The notes: generated by a model not told the origin, from the sequence alone. Shown: positions 1 to 14,559, counted from the stretch's first letter. The stretch is 64,000 nucleotides of DNA from Macrostomum lignano (GCA_002269645.1 NIVC01002839.1:62001-126000), one strand, 5' to 3'. Numbers and translations are program-made.

Positions 1-327
1 GATCTTCTGAAGCTCGCTCTCAATCTTAAGACGATATTCTTTTCCCATGGCAAGTTTGGCGTTGGACTTGTCATTTGCACTCTCACTCTTGCTTTCAATG
101 CTGGAAATTACTCTCCAGGATGAACGACGAGCTCCAACGACATTTTTGTAAGCAACGGAGAGAAGGTTTCGTTCTTCGTTGCCAAGCTCTTGGCCCTTCT
201 CGGTAACGGACTTCATAGCTTCTGCCATGTCATCGTACCTTTCAGCTTGTTCAGCTAACTTTGCAATATGAACAAGATCATCGCGAGAATAAGAACCAGA
301 ATTCAGCCATTCAGTAAAAGAAGCCAT
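1..327 (-). CDS. 14-3-3: 14-3-3 protein, N-terminal 109 aa; runs off the window edge
   Basis: Manual translation from ATG at 327: [78 protein letters not shown]..., containing the 14-3-3 signatures KLAEQAERY and [20 protein letters not shown]. Confidence 0.97.
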   Translation of the reverse strand, partial: MASFTEWLNSGSYSRDDLVHIAKLAEQAERYDDMAEAMKSVTEKGQELGNEERNLLSVAYKNVVGARRSSWRVISSIESKSESANDKSNAKLAMGKEYRLKIESELQKI

Positions 328-1464
328 TGCAAGACAAAATTTTAAATAATAAGATTATGAATTTATGCACAAATTTCCGCTTGTTAAAGCGTAATTAATC
401 CAGAGATCAATAACTTTGATTCTAGCAAGTCGCAACGCTCTCAATGTTAAAGGAGATGTTGATTGATGATGATGATGTAGATAACAAATATTTCTTCCTT
501 AATTTTAAATTTTTGCTACAATGAGTAGTATAACAATTTCAACGCAGATAATGGTAAAATTTGCACAGAAGTTAAAATTAATTACTTCTGATATTCGTTT
601 TTATTGTTTTTAATTTATTGATTACTTTTTAAGAAAAAAGTTACTGTATCTTTGAGTATAAAGGACTCATGTAAAAATTTAAAGAGGACATCTTCGCAAA
701 TTTTTCGCCTGCACATGCGTGCGTGATTATATTTGCTTTTGACGAATGCGTGATTGTGATCGTATCGAAAAATCAACAACTGTTTGTTTTTTCCTTACAA
801 TCAAGATTACCGTTACACTATGAGTCCATTAACTATAAATTATCGAAGTGTACTGCTAACGGGATGATGGGAGCATTTACTTCTGGTTTAGTTGTCTACT
901 ATACAAACAATACAACAAACTTAAACAGTAGATACTACCATAAAAAACCTCAATGTAGTGAAATCAAACCTAGCCTAGATCCAACTTTTAGTAAATATTT
1001 ATCTGATTTTTAAAACAATCAGTCACACGCGTTCTGGAGCAGAAGCATAGCTACCTCTGGCCATCCGTCTATCAGCTCATAACAGTCCCGAAAAATCGCT
1101 GTTGCACAGTGAGTTCAAAGCAAATTCATGAGTTTTTGCAGTTAATTGGCCCTTTTTTATTTTAGTTTAGGCTGCTCCTCAATAATAATGCCTTTTATTC
1201 CAATATTAATTCATTTTTGTTTAGTGAGTACAGAAGATATTCAAGAGCTCACACCTATTCCTTGGAACAAAAATATTTGTGTCAAAAATATCGGTGTCTT
1301 AGGCTTTATTTGCCAGCTATTATGTCTTTTTATTCTTTTCTCTTTTTGGTGTCAAGTTTTGTATATTGAAAAAAGGTGATATACACATCACAACTTAGGT
1401 AATTCAACTAAATACTATCACTCAACAAAAAACAAATTCTATTCAAGCTCATTCTGGACACGAA

Positions 1465-3276
<1,812 letters not shown>

Positions 3277-3404
3277 CTGCTTAACTTGGGAATTTTGTAA
3301 AGATTGTTATATCCAGCTCAGTTTGCTTTCTGAAAAATTCATTTTGATGACTTGCAGATTAGCTGCATCCTAGATGGAAATCTGCTTAGATATTCTGAGT
3401 GATA

Positions 3405-3885
3405 ACTCCCCCTAGAGTGTGATGGCGCCCTCCCCTAGAGTAAGAGCCCCTCCCCTAGAGTGTGATGGCGCCCTCCCCTAGAGTAAGATCCCCTCCCCTA
3501 GAGTGTGATGGCGCCCTCCCTAGAGTAAGAGCCCCTCCCCTAGAGTGTGATGGCGCCCTCCCCTAGAGTAAGATCCCCTCCCCTAGAGTGTGATGGCGCC
3601 CTCCCCTAGAGTAAGAGCCCCTCCCCTAGAGTGTGATGGCGCCCTCCCCTAGAGTAAGAGCCCCTCCCCTAGAGTGTGATGGCGCCCTCCCTAGAGTAAG
3701 AGCCCCTCCCCTAGAGTGTGATGGCGCCCTCCCCTAGAGTAAGAGCCCCTCCCCTAGAGTGTGATGGCGCCCTCCCCTAGAGTAAGAGCCCCTCCCCTAG
3801 AGTGTGATGGCGCCCTCCCCTAGAGTAAGAGCCCCTCCCCTAGAGGACAGGAACGAAAGAGCCCCCCCCCCTAGAGTGTGATGGC
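3405..3885. repeat. 43-bp minisatellite made of two CCCCTAGAGT-based subunits
   Basis: GATGGCG recurs at 3421 and 3464; about 11 units. Confidence 0.93.
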
Positions 3886-4314
3886 GCACCCCTGTGTGAT
3901 GCCAACAAATGAGAATTTGTGTACATGTAGTACTCAACCAAATTATAAGTTAATATCATTGATGGTATATCTGCATTATATTGTTATTGCTTGTAGCAGT
4001 TATTAATTTAATCCATCCTTTTTCAAGTTGTGTTTCTGCCTATGCACTCGATCTAGATTATGTCCAGCTGTACTAAAATGGATTTTCTGAATTGTTATAA
4101 AAATATACCCCGCGTATATAAAGCATTCAGATTTATTTGCAAACTTATTATCAGTTTCCTTAACAGAACTTTCTCAGTGGCTTTTGGCTGACAGGAATTT
4201 GAATTGATTTGAATTTGAATAGAAGCAGAAACGGCGTGCTAAAATTTCAAAGTGACTCAGGCTTGTTTTTCAAAGAGCAACTCTTTTCAGATGTCTGCAC
4301 GGTGTCTTGGAGCC

Positions 4315-6050
4315 GGCAGGGTGTCTTCGGGTCTTCAGGGTGTATAAGGGTCTTCATGGTGTCTTAGGGTCTGCAGGGTGTCTTAGGGTCTGCAGGGTGT
4401 CTTGGGGTCTGCAGGGTGTCTTAGGGTCTGCAGGGTGTCTTTGGGTCTTCATGGTGTCTTAGGGTCTGCAGGGTGTCTTAGGGTCTGCAGGGTGACTTAG
4501 GGGTCTTCATGGTGTCTTAGGATCTTCATGCGGTGTGTCTTAGGGTCTGCAGGATGTCTTAGGGTCTACAGGGTGTCTTAAGGTCTGCAGGGTCTCCTAG
4601 GGTCTGCAGGGTCTCCTAGGGTCTGCAGGGTCTCCTAGGGTCTGCAGGGTGTCTTAGGGTCTGCAGGGTCTCCTAGGGTCTGCGGGGTGTCTTAGGGTCT
4701 GCAGGGTCTCCTAGGGTCTGCAGGGTCTCCCAGGGTCTGCAGGGTCTCCTAGGGTCTGCAGGGTCTCCTAGGGTCTGCGGGGTATCTTAGGGTCTGTAGG
4801 GTATCTTAGGGTCTGCAGGGTATCTTAGGGTCTGCAGGGTGTCTTAGGGTCTGCAGGGTGTCTTAAGGTCTGCAGGGTCTCCTAGGGTCTGCAGGGTCTC
4901 CTAGGGTCTGCAGGGTCTCCTAGGGTCTGCAGGGTCTCCTAGGGTCTGCAGGGTGTCTTAGGGTCTGCAGGGTCTCCTAGGGTCTGCGGGGTGTCTTAGG
5001 GTCTGCAGGGTCTCCTAGGGTCTGCAGGGTCTCCTAGGGTCTGCAGGGTCTCCTAGGGTCTGCAGGGTCTCCTAGGGTCTGCAGGGTCTCCCAGGGTCTG
5101 CAGGGTCTCCTAGGGTCTGCAGGGTCTCCTAGGGTCTGCAGGGTATCTTAGGGTCTGTAGGGTATCTTAGGGTCTGCAGGGTATCTTAGGGTCTGCAGGG
5201 TGTCTTAGGGTCTGCAGGGTGTCTTAGAGTCTGTAGGGTATCTTAAGGTCTGCAGGGTCTCCTAGGGTCTGCAGGGTCTCCTAGGGTCTGCAGGGTGTCT
5301 TAGGGTCTGCAGGGTCTCCTAGGGTCTGCGGGGTGTCTTAGGGTCTGCAGGGTCTCCTAGGGTCTGCAGGGTCTCCCAGGGTCTGCAGGGTCTCCTAGGG
5401 TCTGCAGGGTCTCCTAGGGTCTGCGGGGTATCTTAGGGTCTGTAGGGTATCTTAGGGTCTGCAGGGTATCTTAGGGTCTGCAGGGTGTCTTAGGGTCTGC
5501 AGGGTGTCTTAAGGTCTGCAGGGTCTCCTAAGGTCTGCAGGGTCTCCTAGGGTCTGCAGGGTCTCCTAGGGTCTGCAGGGTCTCCTAGGGTCTGCAGGGT
5601 GTCTTAGGGTCTGCAGGGTCTCCTAGGGTCTGCGGGGTGTCTTAGGGTCTGCAGGGTCTCCTAGGGTCTGCAGGGTCTCCTAGGGTCTGCAGGGTCTCCT
5701 AGGGTCTGCAGGGTCTCCTAGGGTCTGCAGGGTCTCCCAGGGTCTGCAGGGTCTCCTAGGGTCTGCAGGGTCTCCTAGGGTCTGCAGGGTATCTTAGGGT
5801 CTGTAGGGTATCTTAGGGTCTGCAGGGTATCTTAGGGTCTGCAGGGTGTCTTAGGGTCTGCAGGGTGTCTTAGAGTCTGTAGGGTGTCTTAGGGTCTGCA
5901 GGGTGTCTTAGAGTCTGTAGGGTATCTTAGGATCTGCAGGGTGTTGATAAGGATTTGCAGGGTGTATTAGGGCCTGCAGGCTGTTAATTAGGGTCTGAAG
6001 GATGTCAATTAGTGTTCACAGGGTGTCCTAGAGTCTGCAGGGTGTTTTAG
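4315..6050. repeat. 19-bp G-rich minisatellite (AGGGTCTGCAGGGTCTCCT / AGGGTCTGCAGGGTGTCTT)
   Basis: About 90 units; variant blocks at 4771 and 5417 recur 646 bp (34 x 19) apart. Confidence 0.95.
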
Positions 6051-7241
6051 AGTTCTTTGTATTTATAAAATGTAATAACTTTTATAAATACAATTATTTC
6101 AAATCAAAATTCAGGCAAAGTTCTGAAAGGGGTTTCAGGCAAAATTTTGATAAATATTGTCATTCTTCGAAAGTCGGTACTTTTTCATCTGGTTTTGGGG
6201 TCTCCAATTGTATTGAGAATACAGAAAATTTATAATATTAACTGTTATTTTAATTTAACCAGCCATTTTGCTAATTACTAATTACTTATTACTTATTTTG
6301 ATAATTTCTGCAGTTGAGACATTGGTCAATACTCGATGGCAAAAAATAATAAGTAATCGGCAAATAATGGACTCGATAAAGTTTTGATTATGAGCTGAGC
6401 ATTATAGTTCTCTAGTGAACTGCTTTAGTACAGAGCAACAGGAGCGGCAAACAAAAAAGGGAAGAATTACACGTAGAAGCACGTAACATCGTAGATTTTC
6501 GATCAACCTCGTAGAATAAGCGTCGCTACTGATTGATGCTTCCGAATTGAAAGCCACCGACAGGCAGACAGACAGGCAGAGACAGCAATTTCAACTTCAA
6601 ATGATGTTTCCGAAAAAATCTACTGCGTCGAAAGAGTAGCTAATAAAAGAAACAAATTTATTGTTTGCTTTTTCTGCAAATCGGAATTCACTTTTCAGCG
6701 ACGCTACAGAGATTCAGGGAGTTCCAAACAGAAGTCTGGAGCTAATTTGCTCGTAACTTGTACACCTTCAGAAACCTTTGAATTTGCTTAAATTCATAAA
6801 TACATGTAATTAGAATCCGACTTTCTGAGTCCCTAGATATACTCTTGCTCAGGATGCACAGATAACCAGACTTCCTCATCAACAGACTCTCCATGTGCCT
6901 TGGAGCTTTGGCCCTCATGAACGCGCCAAAGGTTTAATACGAACACAAACTGGCGATTTTTTAAAGATATTTTTCTGCAATTTTTATTTGCAAGCTAGTA
7001 AAATTCAATCCTGAGCTACCAGCTTCTAATCCAGAGCTCTAACCCGAGTCGTCCATGGATGTTCTTTTAGATCAAACGCAGCGCACCGACAAGCAAAACG
7101 GGCCGAAAGGCTTTCTCTTTTTCCAGAAGAGAGCAATTGTTGCTGCCGAACTAATTGTCTAGACCGTCTATAAAATCAGTTAATTTGTTTGTCGTCGGCG
7201 CTGCATCAGGGCGCGATAAAGAGTGCTAGCGAGCTCTAGCG

Positions 7242-7676
7242 ATGGGTTGCTGCCGAACCAGCCTTCTGACACTTTTAACCCTCCTATTGCTGGCTAAACT
7301 GTCAACGGCTCTTGACTGCCCACCTCCGTACGCCATCGAGGCTGGCAAGTGTATTTATACTAGACGAAACGATATCTACACCTGGTGCCAGGCGAACGAA
7401 ATCTGCCAGTCGATGGATGGCGAACTCATCAACCAGTACGAATCGTTGAAGGTGCTGGACAACATGCCCAGTGCAGTGAGTGCTGGCTGCAGGCTGTGGT
7501 ACGGAGTCAGCGACCTGGCGGACGAGAGAGACACCCTTAAGGGCGGCTGGCAGCGGATCAACGACTATGGAAATGTACCCTACAACACCTCCCTGTGGTA
7601 CATGGGTATGCCTAGTAGCCTTGGCAACCAGGACTGCATATCTAGCTCAACTGCCACTGTGCAGTTCATTGACACC
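7242..7676 (+). pseudogene. Secreted C-type-lectin-domain protein, 5' part, cut by LTR retrotransposon insertion
   Basis: Signal peptide (SLLTLLTLLLLAKLSTA); CTLD pattern CPxxY..GKC..TWCQANEIC..GEL..WYGVSD..W..DC. Frame rejoins at 16740 (FIDT|ECSNLRGFMCEY) when the element and one TSD are removed. Confidence 0.85.
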
Positions 7677-8735
7677 TGAAATAGATAGCGTTTTTCTCGG
7701 GGTGGCCTGGTAGGTCTTTGAATCCCACCGCTGCCACCAGTGAAGTACAATGGGTTTTCTTCCCGGTTTAGGCCCTTGCGGATTACCTTAATCTTGAGTC
7801 TCTTCAGTGGGAAGTTCTCTCAACTCTCTCAGTAGCGTAGGTAGTGCTGCCACCAGTTCCTTCAGGTCTCGGCCTTCGATAAGGTGAGCTTCCCGTCGGA
7901 ACGAAATAAACAAGTCAACGAACTCAGCACAGTGTGCAGATTTGCAGATTAATGAACAAGGCGTCCTGATCAGCAGATCCCCGCCGGGCTCAGGGGTGGC
8001 TGGGAAGGCAGTGTTAGCCTCCCTTAGGCTTGGGCTTTAGTGGGGTCTCAGTCAGACCAGTACAAACGGATTCAGTACGCAAAGGGCACTTAGTTAGACA
8101 CTGACGCACACGGGTTCTTAGTGAATTCTCCGCAGATAAGAAGCCAAAATCCTTGACGGAAACAAGGGGAGAGGGGTCCTATTTATAGCCGGGAAACACC
8201 CACGCACAAGACCTCGTGACTTGTTCTATTTTTAGAACTGACGTCACTTGAGATCTCGAGGCAGGGTCTCAGTGCGCGCAAGACCTCGTGACTCGTTCTA
8301 TTTTTAGAACTGACGTCACTTGAGGTCTCCGGCCAGAGTACACGCGGCTGTGACTCAGTTGCTATTTTTAGCAACATGAGTCACTCCTCTCCTTAGAGAA
8401 GGGAGGGTTCCGAAAGCACGTGATTCTCCCGGTAAACAGGGCCAACGAGTGCAGTAAACATGTTTACTGCACTTTAGGACTCGAAGAACGCAGAGTCTGT
8501 CATGTGACTTGCTCACATGACAGAGGAAAACGGGACGGGAACGAAACAGAGACAGCCCACAGCAGAGAAGCTGAGGGCTGAGAACAGAGACGCAGAAGGG
8601 CAGAACAGGCCAAGGGCAGCAACAGACGGGCCAAGGGGGTGGGAAGCTGACCAGCGGCAGACAGCAACCCAGGGCGAGGGCGAGGGAGACTGCTGACAAA
8701 GTGGGACGCCTAACATCAACTAGCGGATCACTACA
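7677..8735 (-). repeat. 3' LTR (1059 bp)
   Basis: Matches 15676-16735 by eye except one G in a G-run (G5 here, G6 there). Confidence 0.96.
8180..8187 (-). promoter_or_regulatory. LTR TATA box TATAAATA (second copy 16179-16186)
   Basis: Plus strand TATTTATA, downstream of the U3 motif cluster in element orientation. Confidence 0.7.
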
Positions 8736-8746
8736 CTCTCCCCGTT
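8736..8746 (-). other. Polypurine tract
   Basis: Minus strand AACGGGGAGAG directly abuts the TGTAG start of the 3' LTR. Confidence 0.8.
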
Positions 8747-9266
8747 CAAATGAAGAGGCGGAGTGAAAGCGAAGCGCGCTTTATTTAATAAACAAAATAG
8801 TGATTTTACTAAATAAAATTATTACAAATGCCTGGCAAAAGGATGGCAGTGTCACAAGGCATGCAAATTATTACACGGCTGGGCCAAGGTCAGGATTGTG
8901 ACCCAAAATGGCGAAGCACCAATAGCACCGGTGGGTTGCCCACGCCAAGGCAGAGCCCTAGAAAATCATAAAATCGGAGGGGCTGGCAAGTCCCTCGGGC
9001 GTACGCAGAATCAGGACCTCAGTCCAACAGCGGTTTGGGGGCGCCGGCCCGGAAAATGGGCGCCTAAATATACGGGATACCATAGACAGCCGGCAGAGCC
9101 CGTCACTGGGGAGAAGGGGGATGCAGAACTGCATCAGAGCAACAGCTCACGGGAAGATAAAAGAGTACGCATTGCGGGGGCGCTGGCCTGCTATTGAGGC
9201 GCCACATAAAGTAGAGCAGGGAAAAATCAGAGGGTGCCTGTCAGCACCAAGTCCACAGAGTCAGAG

Positions 9267-12200
9267 TTAATTGCTGCGTTGGGTTGATCGGTGCACGCAG
9301 ATGCGGGCAGTGCGACTAACATACGTCTTGGCCCTAGGATTAATAATTAGCCTCTCAGGCTGCCTACGATTCCTAGCCGGCCTACCGACATCTACAGACC
9401 CTAATGACGCTTCCACCGGAGTGGTGCATAACGACGGCCCAGGGGTCTGGACCACAGAAAAAGCAGCACTGGGAGCGGGAGCAGAAACGGGCGGAAAAGA
9501 AACAGCAGGCATAGACGCATCAAGAACAGGCTTATGCAGATGACATTCACCATACGGCACTGGCTCACGCCGAAGTGCACTTGCCTGGTTCGCTGGTGTC
9601 GTGACCGGTCCACCTCCTGGCTGCACCTCCGGGATCGCCAAAGGCCGGAAGTGCCATCGGAAGGCCGGCCTTGCGTCGTAGCCGTCATCATCGTCATCGT
9701 CGGGGTCGTCCTGGTCGTCCTCGGGATTGGCGTCAAGGTCGCGGGTCCTGCGCCGTCGGGGACGTCGGGCGGCCGCCGGCGTTTCTTCGGTTTGTCGACT
9801 TCAGGGTCCGAAGTTCTCGTGTAGTCAGCGTCAGGCACGAGCAGAAGGTTCCGGCGATGGACGACTAGTTCGTCTCGTCTAGCTCTCGGGTTTGGCAGTC
9901 TCCGTCGAATCTTGTAGACGACCTCGCCCTTGGGCTCGACGACTTCGTATAGGGCTTTGCGAGGTCGATGAAACTTCGCCGCCTCATCCGGTTCGAGTAC
10001 CGGGTTGTTGAGGAAGACCAGATCTCCGGGTTGAAGCTTCTTGGCGACGGGCAGGTTCGAATAGTGCTCGTCTCGCAATTGCTGGTGCAGGTGCAGGCGC
10101 TCCTTGGCCAGCTCAGTCGCCTCGTCCAGGCGACGTTGAAGTCCTTGACGTAGTCGGGCAGGTCGGCGTACTCGGGCAGCTTCTTCAGCGCGTTGTCGAT
10201 CGGGAGTCGGAAATCACGGCCGAACACCAGGTAGTGAGGCGTGAAGCCGGTCACCGGGTGCACGCTGGAGCGGAGAGCCATCAGACAGGCCGGGAGGAAG
10301 GTGTCCCAGTCGTTGTGGTTGCGCTCGAGCAGACAGGTGAGGACACTCTTCAGCTGTTTGTTGAGGTTCTCGACTTGTCCGTTGGAAGCTGGATTGTACG
10401 GTGTTGTTGTCGTATGCCGAATGCCAAACAGGTCGCAGAACTTCTTGAAGGCTGAGCCGGTGAAGTTGGTGCCTTGGTCAGTGTGGATCCAGCATGGTAC
10501 ACCGAACTCGGGATGAAGCGCTCCTGCAGAAGCTTGATGACTGTTTTGGCTTTCTGGTTTCTCATCGGGTAGGCGAATGGATACTTCGACGTCGCATCGC
10601 ACAAGGTCAGGATGTAGCGGTTGCCGCTCTTGCTCTTCTGCGCGATTGGTCCTACTACATCACAGTGGATTCTACCCAGAACTTCGCAAACTGGGAAGCT
10701 CTGGACCGGAACTCTCTCTCGCCGTCGCGATTTACTTTCAAGGCAAGTGCGGCACTTACTGATGAAGGTCTTGGTAGCACGGGCTAATCCGGGTCTCCAG
10801 AACCGTTCTCGTAGCCGCAGTAACGTCTTCGTCTCGCCGAGGTGTCCACACAGTGGCGAACTGTGGAGCTCCTGGAGCACCTGGGCGTCAAGGGCCTCAG
10901 GCAGAACAACCTTTGGCGGCTGCTGGCCATCGGACAGGTCAATCAGCAGCAGGCCGTTGTCCTCCTGCAGGTTCTCATAGTATCCGAGCAGGTTCCGCTG
11001 CTCCTTCGTCAGGCGCAACCGGGCGTCGAACTCAGGCTTCGGGGCTTCGTTCTTGACCAGGTTGAGCACGTAGCTGATGGCTCGGTCAGCGCGCTGGGCT
11101 TCAACGAACTGTTGGCGAGTCATCGGCAGCTTCAGAAAATCAGTGAGCACAGCGCGGCATGGCTGAGGGGTCCGGATTCCCGCAGTCTCCGCTTTAATGG
11201 CTCCAGGTCGATCACACGGCACCGTCTTGTCGGCGTCAGGATTAGGTCGCTCCGAGGGACTTTGTCTCGCAACGTCGGCGTACGTCCGTTGATCTCGTTT
11301 CGAAGTTCTCATCGTCGCTCTATTGACAGAAAAATCCGCAGATGGAGCAGTGCACATGCCTCCACTGCCTAGCCCAGGCGACTCTTGGCTGTAGGGCGGG
11401 ACGCAACACGTGAAGCACGCCTCGTCACTGGCAGCCGTAGCCGTCGGCTCAGTCGTCGTCAAATCTGGGTGAGTCTTCTCCTGCACTGGGCGGTGTCGCA
11501 AAGGGGGAATCGACTTTCCGCACAGGCGATGAGCAGCTGTCTGTCGCCCGGGGGACAGAGCTTCGACCTTGCAGCTGGCGCGAGATTCTGGCCCTGTCAA
11601 CATGGCGAGAGATCTCAGCGAAAGGCTCAGAAGGGTTGTACTTAGGTTGCTGTCCTGGAGTTGCGTTGCGGGCCGTCATCAGAAGGGCTGCTGGCGCGGT
11701 GGCCTTTGAATCTTGGTCCGTGGGCGTCTCCAGATTCCGAGACCGGAAGTCTTGGGCGTCGTCAAGGAGGTCTGCTTCGGCGGTGGCCTCTAGGACTTCG
11801 TCCAGGTTGGTCTCCAGGTAACGGCAGTCGGCGTGGGCATCGCTGCAGAGGGCTGTCGTCACAGTGGCCTCTGGGTTGTCGTCCAGGCCGATCTCCAGGC
11901 GTTGACTGCAGCGGTGGGCGTCGTGCTGGAAGGCTGCTGGCGCGGTGGCTTCCAGGTCTTCGTCCAGGTCAGTCTCGGCCTCCAGGTAGCGAGGGTGGAC
12001 AGTCTTCGGGAGGGCTGCTCTGGCAGTGGCCTCGGGTGTCGCGTCCAAGTCCGTCTCCAGGAAACGTCGGCGCTCAGTCTTGGGGCTGCCGCCGGCACCG
12101 GGTTGGGCTGTAGAACCAGGTTGCTTTAGCAGTCGGCCATGCTCGAAGTTGATCGGTGGTGTCTCCGGTCTTCTTGACAGGGCGTCGGCGTTGGCGTGGT

Positions 12201-14559
12201 CCTTGCCTTTGCGGTGGTTAAGCTGGAAGCGGAACTCGCTAAGGCGTTCGATCCAGCGGCCTAAAATACCTGTGGCCTGAGTTTGGTTCAGTAACCACAG
12301 TAAGGCCCGATGATCGGATCGAACTTCAAACTTCTTGCCATTAAGTAATGACGGAAATGTCGCATAGCGTCCAAAATTGCAAGCAGCTCTTTCTTCGTGA
12401 CCGTGTAGCGCTTCTCAGGATCGCGAAGTTTACGGCTAAAGAACGCAATTGGACGTTCGACGCCGTCGGATTGCAGTTGTCCAAGGCAAGCGCCTATTCG
12501 AATATCAGAGGCATCCGTGTCGAGGACAAACTTCACTGCAGGATCAGAATTAAACTCAGGCAGAGCGAGAACTTCAGTAGAACACAGTTTCTTCTTCAGA
12601 GTGTCGAACGCGTGCTGATGCTCAGGAGTCCAGTGCTGCCGCAGGCTGCCAATGTCCTTTCGCGTCAGGGCATGCAGCGGCGCAGCCACTCCAGCGTAGC
12701 CGTCGACAAACTTGTGGTAGTAATTGGCGAGGCCTAGGAATTGTCTCAGTTGAGTAACGGACTGTGGCACGGGCCAATCACGGATCTGCGCAATCTTGTC
12801 CTCACAGGTCTTCAGGCCGTCGGGAGTCACGACGTGACCTAAATAATGCAGCTCCTTGAGGAACAAATGACATTCTTCGGTTTCACTTTGAGGTTGGCTG
12901 CGATGATGCGCTGGAGTACAGTTCGCAGTTATCCAGCTGTTCCTCGAAAGTCACTGAGTGCACCACGATGTCGTCCATGTAGCCAAGCGCAGTCTTTGGC
13001 GTCAGGCCGTCCAGGAGCTTATTGATGCAACGCTGAAAGCTGCCGGGACTATCGTGGAGACCCATCGGTAGAACGTTGAAACAGAATTGGCCGCGGTCGA
13101 TTACTGAGAATGCCGTCAAGTGCTGGTCGCAGTCGCGCAGCGGGATCTGCCAGAATCCTTGAGCAAGGTCCAAGCTAGAATACCACTGAGCACCACGAAG
13201 CTTCGCGAAGGTTTCCTGGATGTGCGGGAGCGGATACGGGTGATACACACACCTGTCGTTGAGAGCTCTGAAGTCGTGGACTAGTCGGATGTTGCCGTCC
13301 TTCTTGGGCACGATGAGCATTGGCGAATTGTAGCTCGAGTAGGCAGGGCGAATGATGTGCTTCGCCAGCATCTCGTCTAGCAGGGCGTCGAGTTTGTCCT
13401 TCAGATGAGGCGGGATTCGGCGCGGTGGTAGCGCGACTGGTGTCCGGTCCTTCAAGATGATCTCGTGGGTCACCAGGTGAGTCAGGCCGGCGTCTAGCGA
13501 GTGCTTGGAGAAGGCCGCTTGACATTCGACTAGTAGATCTCGCACTCTTTGATGTTGTTCTTTGGACAATTCGCTGTTGATCTCGACTTCATCTAGCCAT
13601 GCTGTGCTGGACTCTTCAGAGTTCTTCGGGAGGTGTCGCACTTCAGGTTCGGGCGTCTCGCTCAAGTACATCAGGTCGGCAGTTCGGAGTGGCGTCGCAA
13701 CGCCAACACGGATACCGGCTTGCAGGAACACCTCGCTGTCGGCGGTGTTGACGACCTCAATGTAGCCGCGACCTTCAGGCATCGTCATCAGAGCAGGCGC
13801 TGCTTCCAGAGCGTTGCAGCTGGGATGCAGCCTCGACTTAACCAGCTCGACAATTGATGGCGATCCTCGATTCTCAGGGTGGCCGTCATCCAGTCTGACG
13901 GCAAGCAGCGCTGAACTTCTAGGCGGCAGGGTGCACTTCTCGGAGGTGTACACTCGGCAGTTCTGAAGCTCACGACGTGAATAGCGAACGGGGATGCACG
14001 CGCCATTGTTAAACTTCAACATTCCTTGAGCGAAGTCCAAGTTCTGGCAGTGCTCTCGCATAAATGATACGCCAAGTAAATTTTCACAATCGGAGACCGT
14101 AACGAGGAATTCGGTGTCCGCGACGACATCACCGAACTCCACCGGGATGGTCACCTTACAAGCAAGCGGGAGCTGCGTCCCGTCATACATAGTTACGCAA
14201 TCGGGAATAGCATGCGATATAATACAACGAGGCATCCGGCGTCTAATAGCGGCCCAGGTTGACGAACCGAGGAAGTTTTTCCGGCTGCCGCTGTCTAGCA
14301 AGAAAGGGACTTCTCGACTCGCAACTCGACCTGTGACGTACGGATCGGCCTCACGCGCATGGATTTTTTGATTCGGGGAGGTGTCCACGAAACCTCCGCA
14401 CTCCGCGTCACTTACTGACGAGCGACTGTCGGACTGGGCATTGGCGCCTGCACAGCCGACATCCTCTTCTTCTGGTGACCTCTCGGAGTCTGCCAAGTAG
14501 CCTGGGCTTGGACCTCGCGGAGGGCGGTGCCGTTGTCGCTCTCCGCCTGGCCGTTTCCC
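9267..14559 (-). CDS. pol: pol polyprotein (protease, RT, RNase H, long linker, integrase), broken by several frameshifts in this sequence
   Basis: LLDSGS (PR); LDLAQGFWQ, PMGL, YMDD (RT); LDTDASD, KELLAI (RNase H); H-x7-H...CRTC, HCDVVGP, HTDQG, NGQVE (IN); C-terminal RPARNRRQPERL. Confidence 0.93.

Noticed and set aside
41-54. RFX X-box-like TTTCCCATGGCAAG upstream of a ciliary gene
   Set aside because: Lies inside the 14-3-3 coding sequence 1.4 kb from the CCDC153-like start and mismatches both ends of the consensus.
7684-7739. tRNA-Leu gene inside the LTR
   Set aside because: No anticodon or variable arm, and CCA is encoded; treated as a PBS reiteration or mimic instead.
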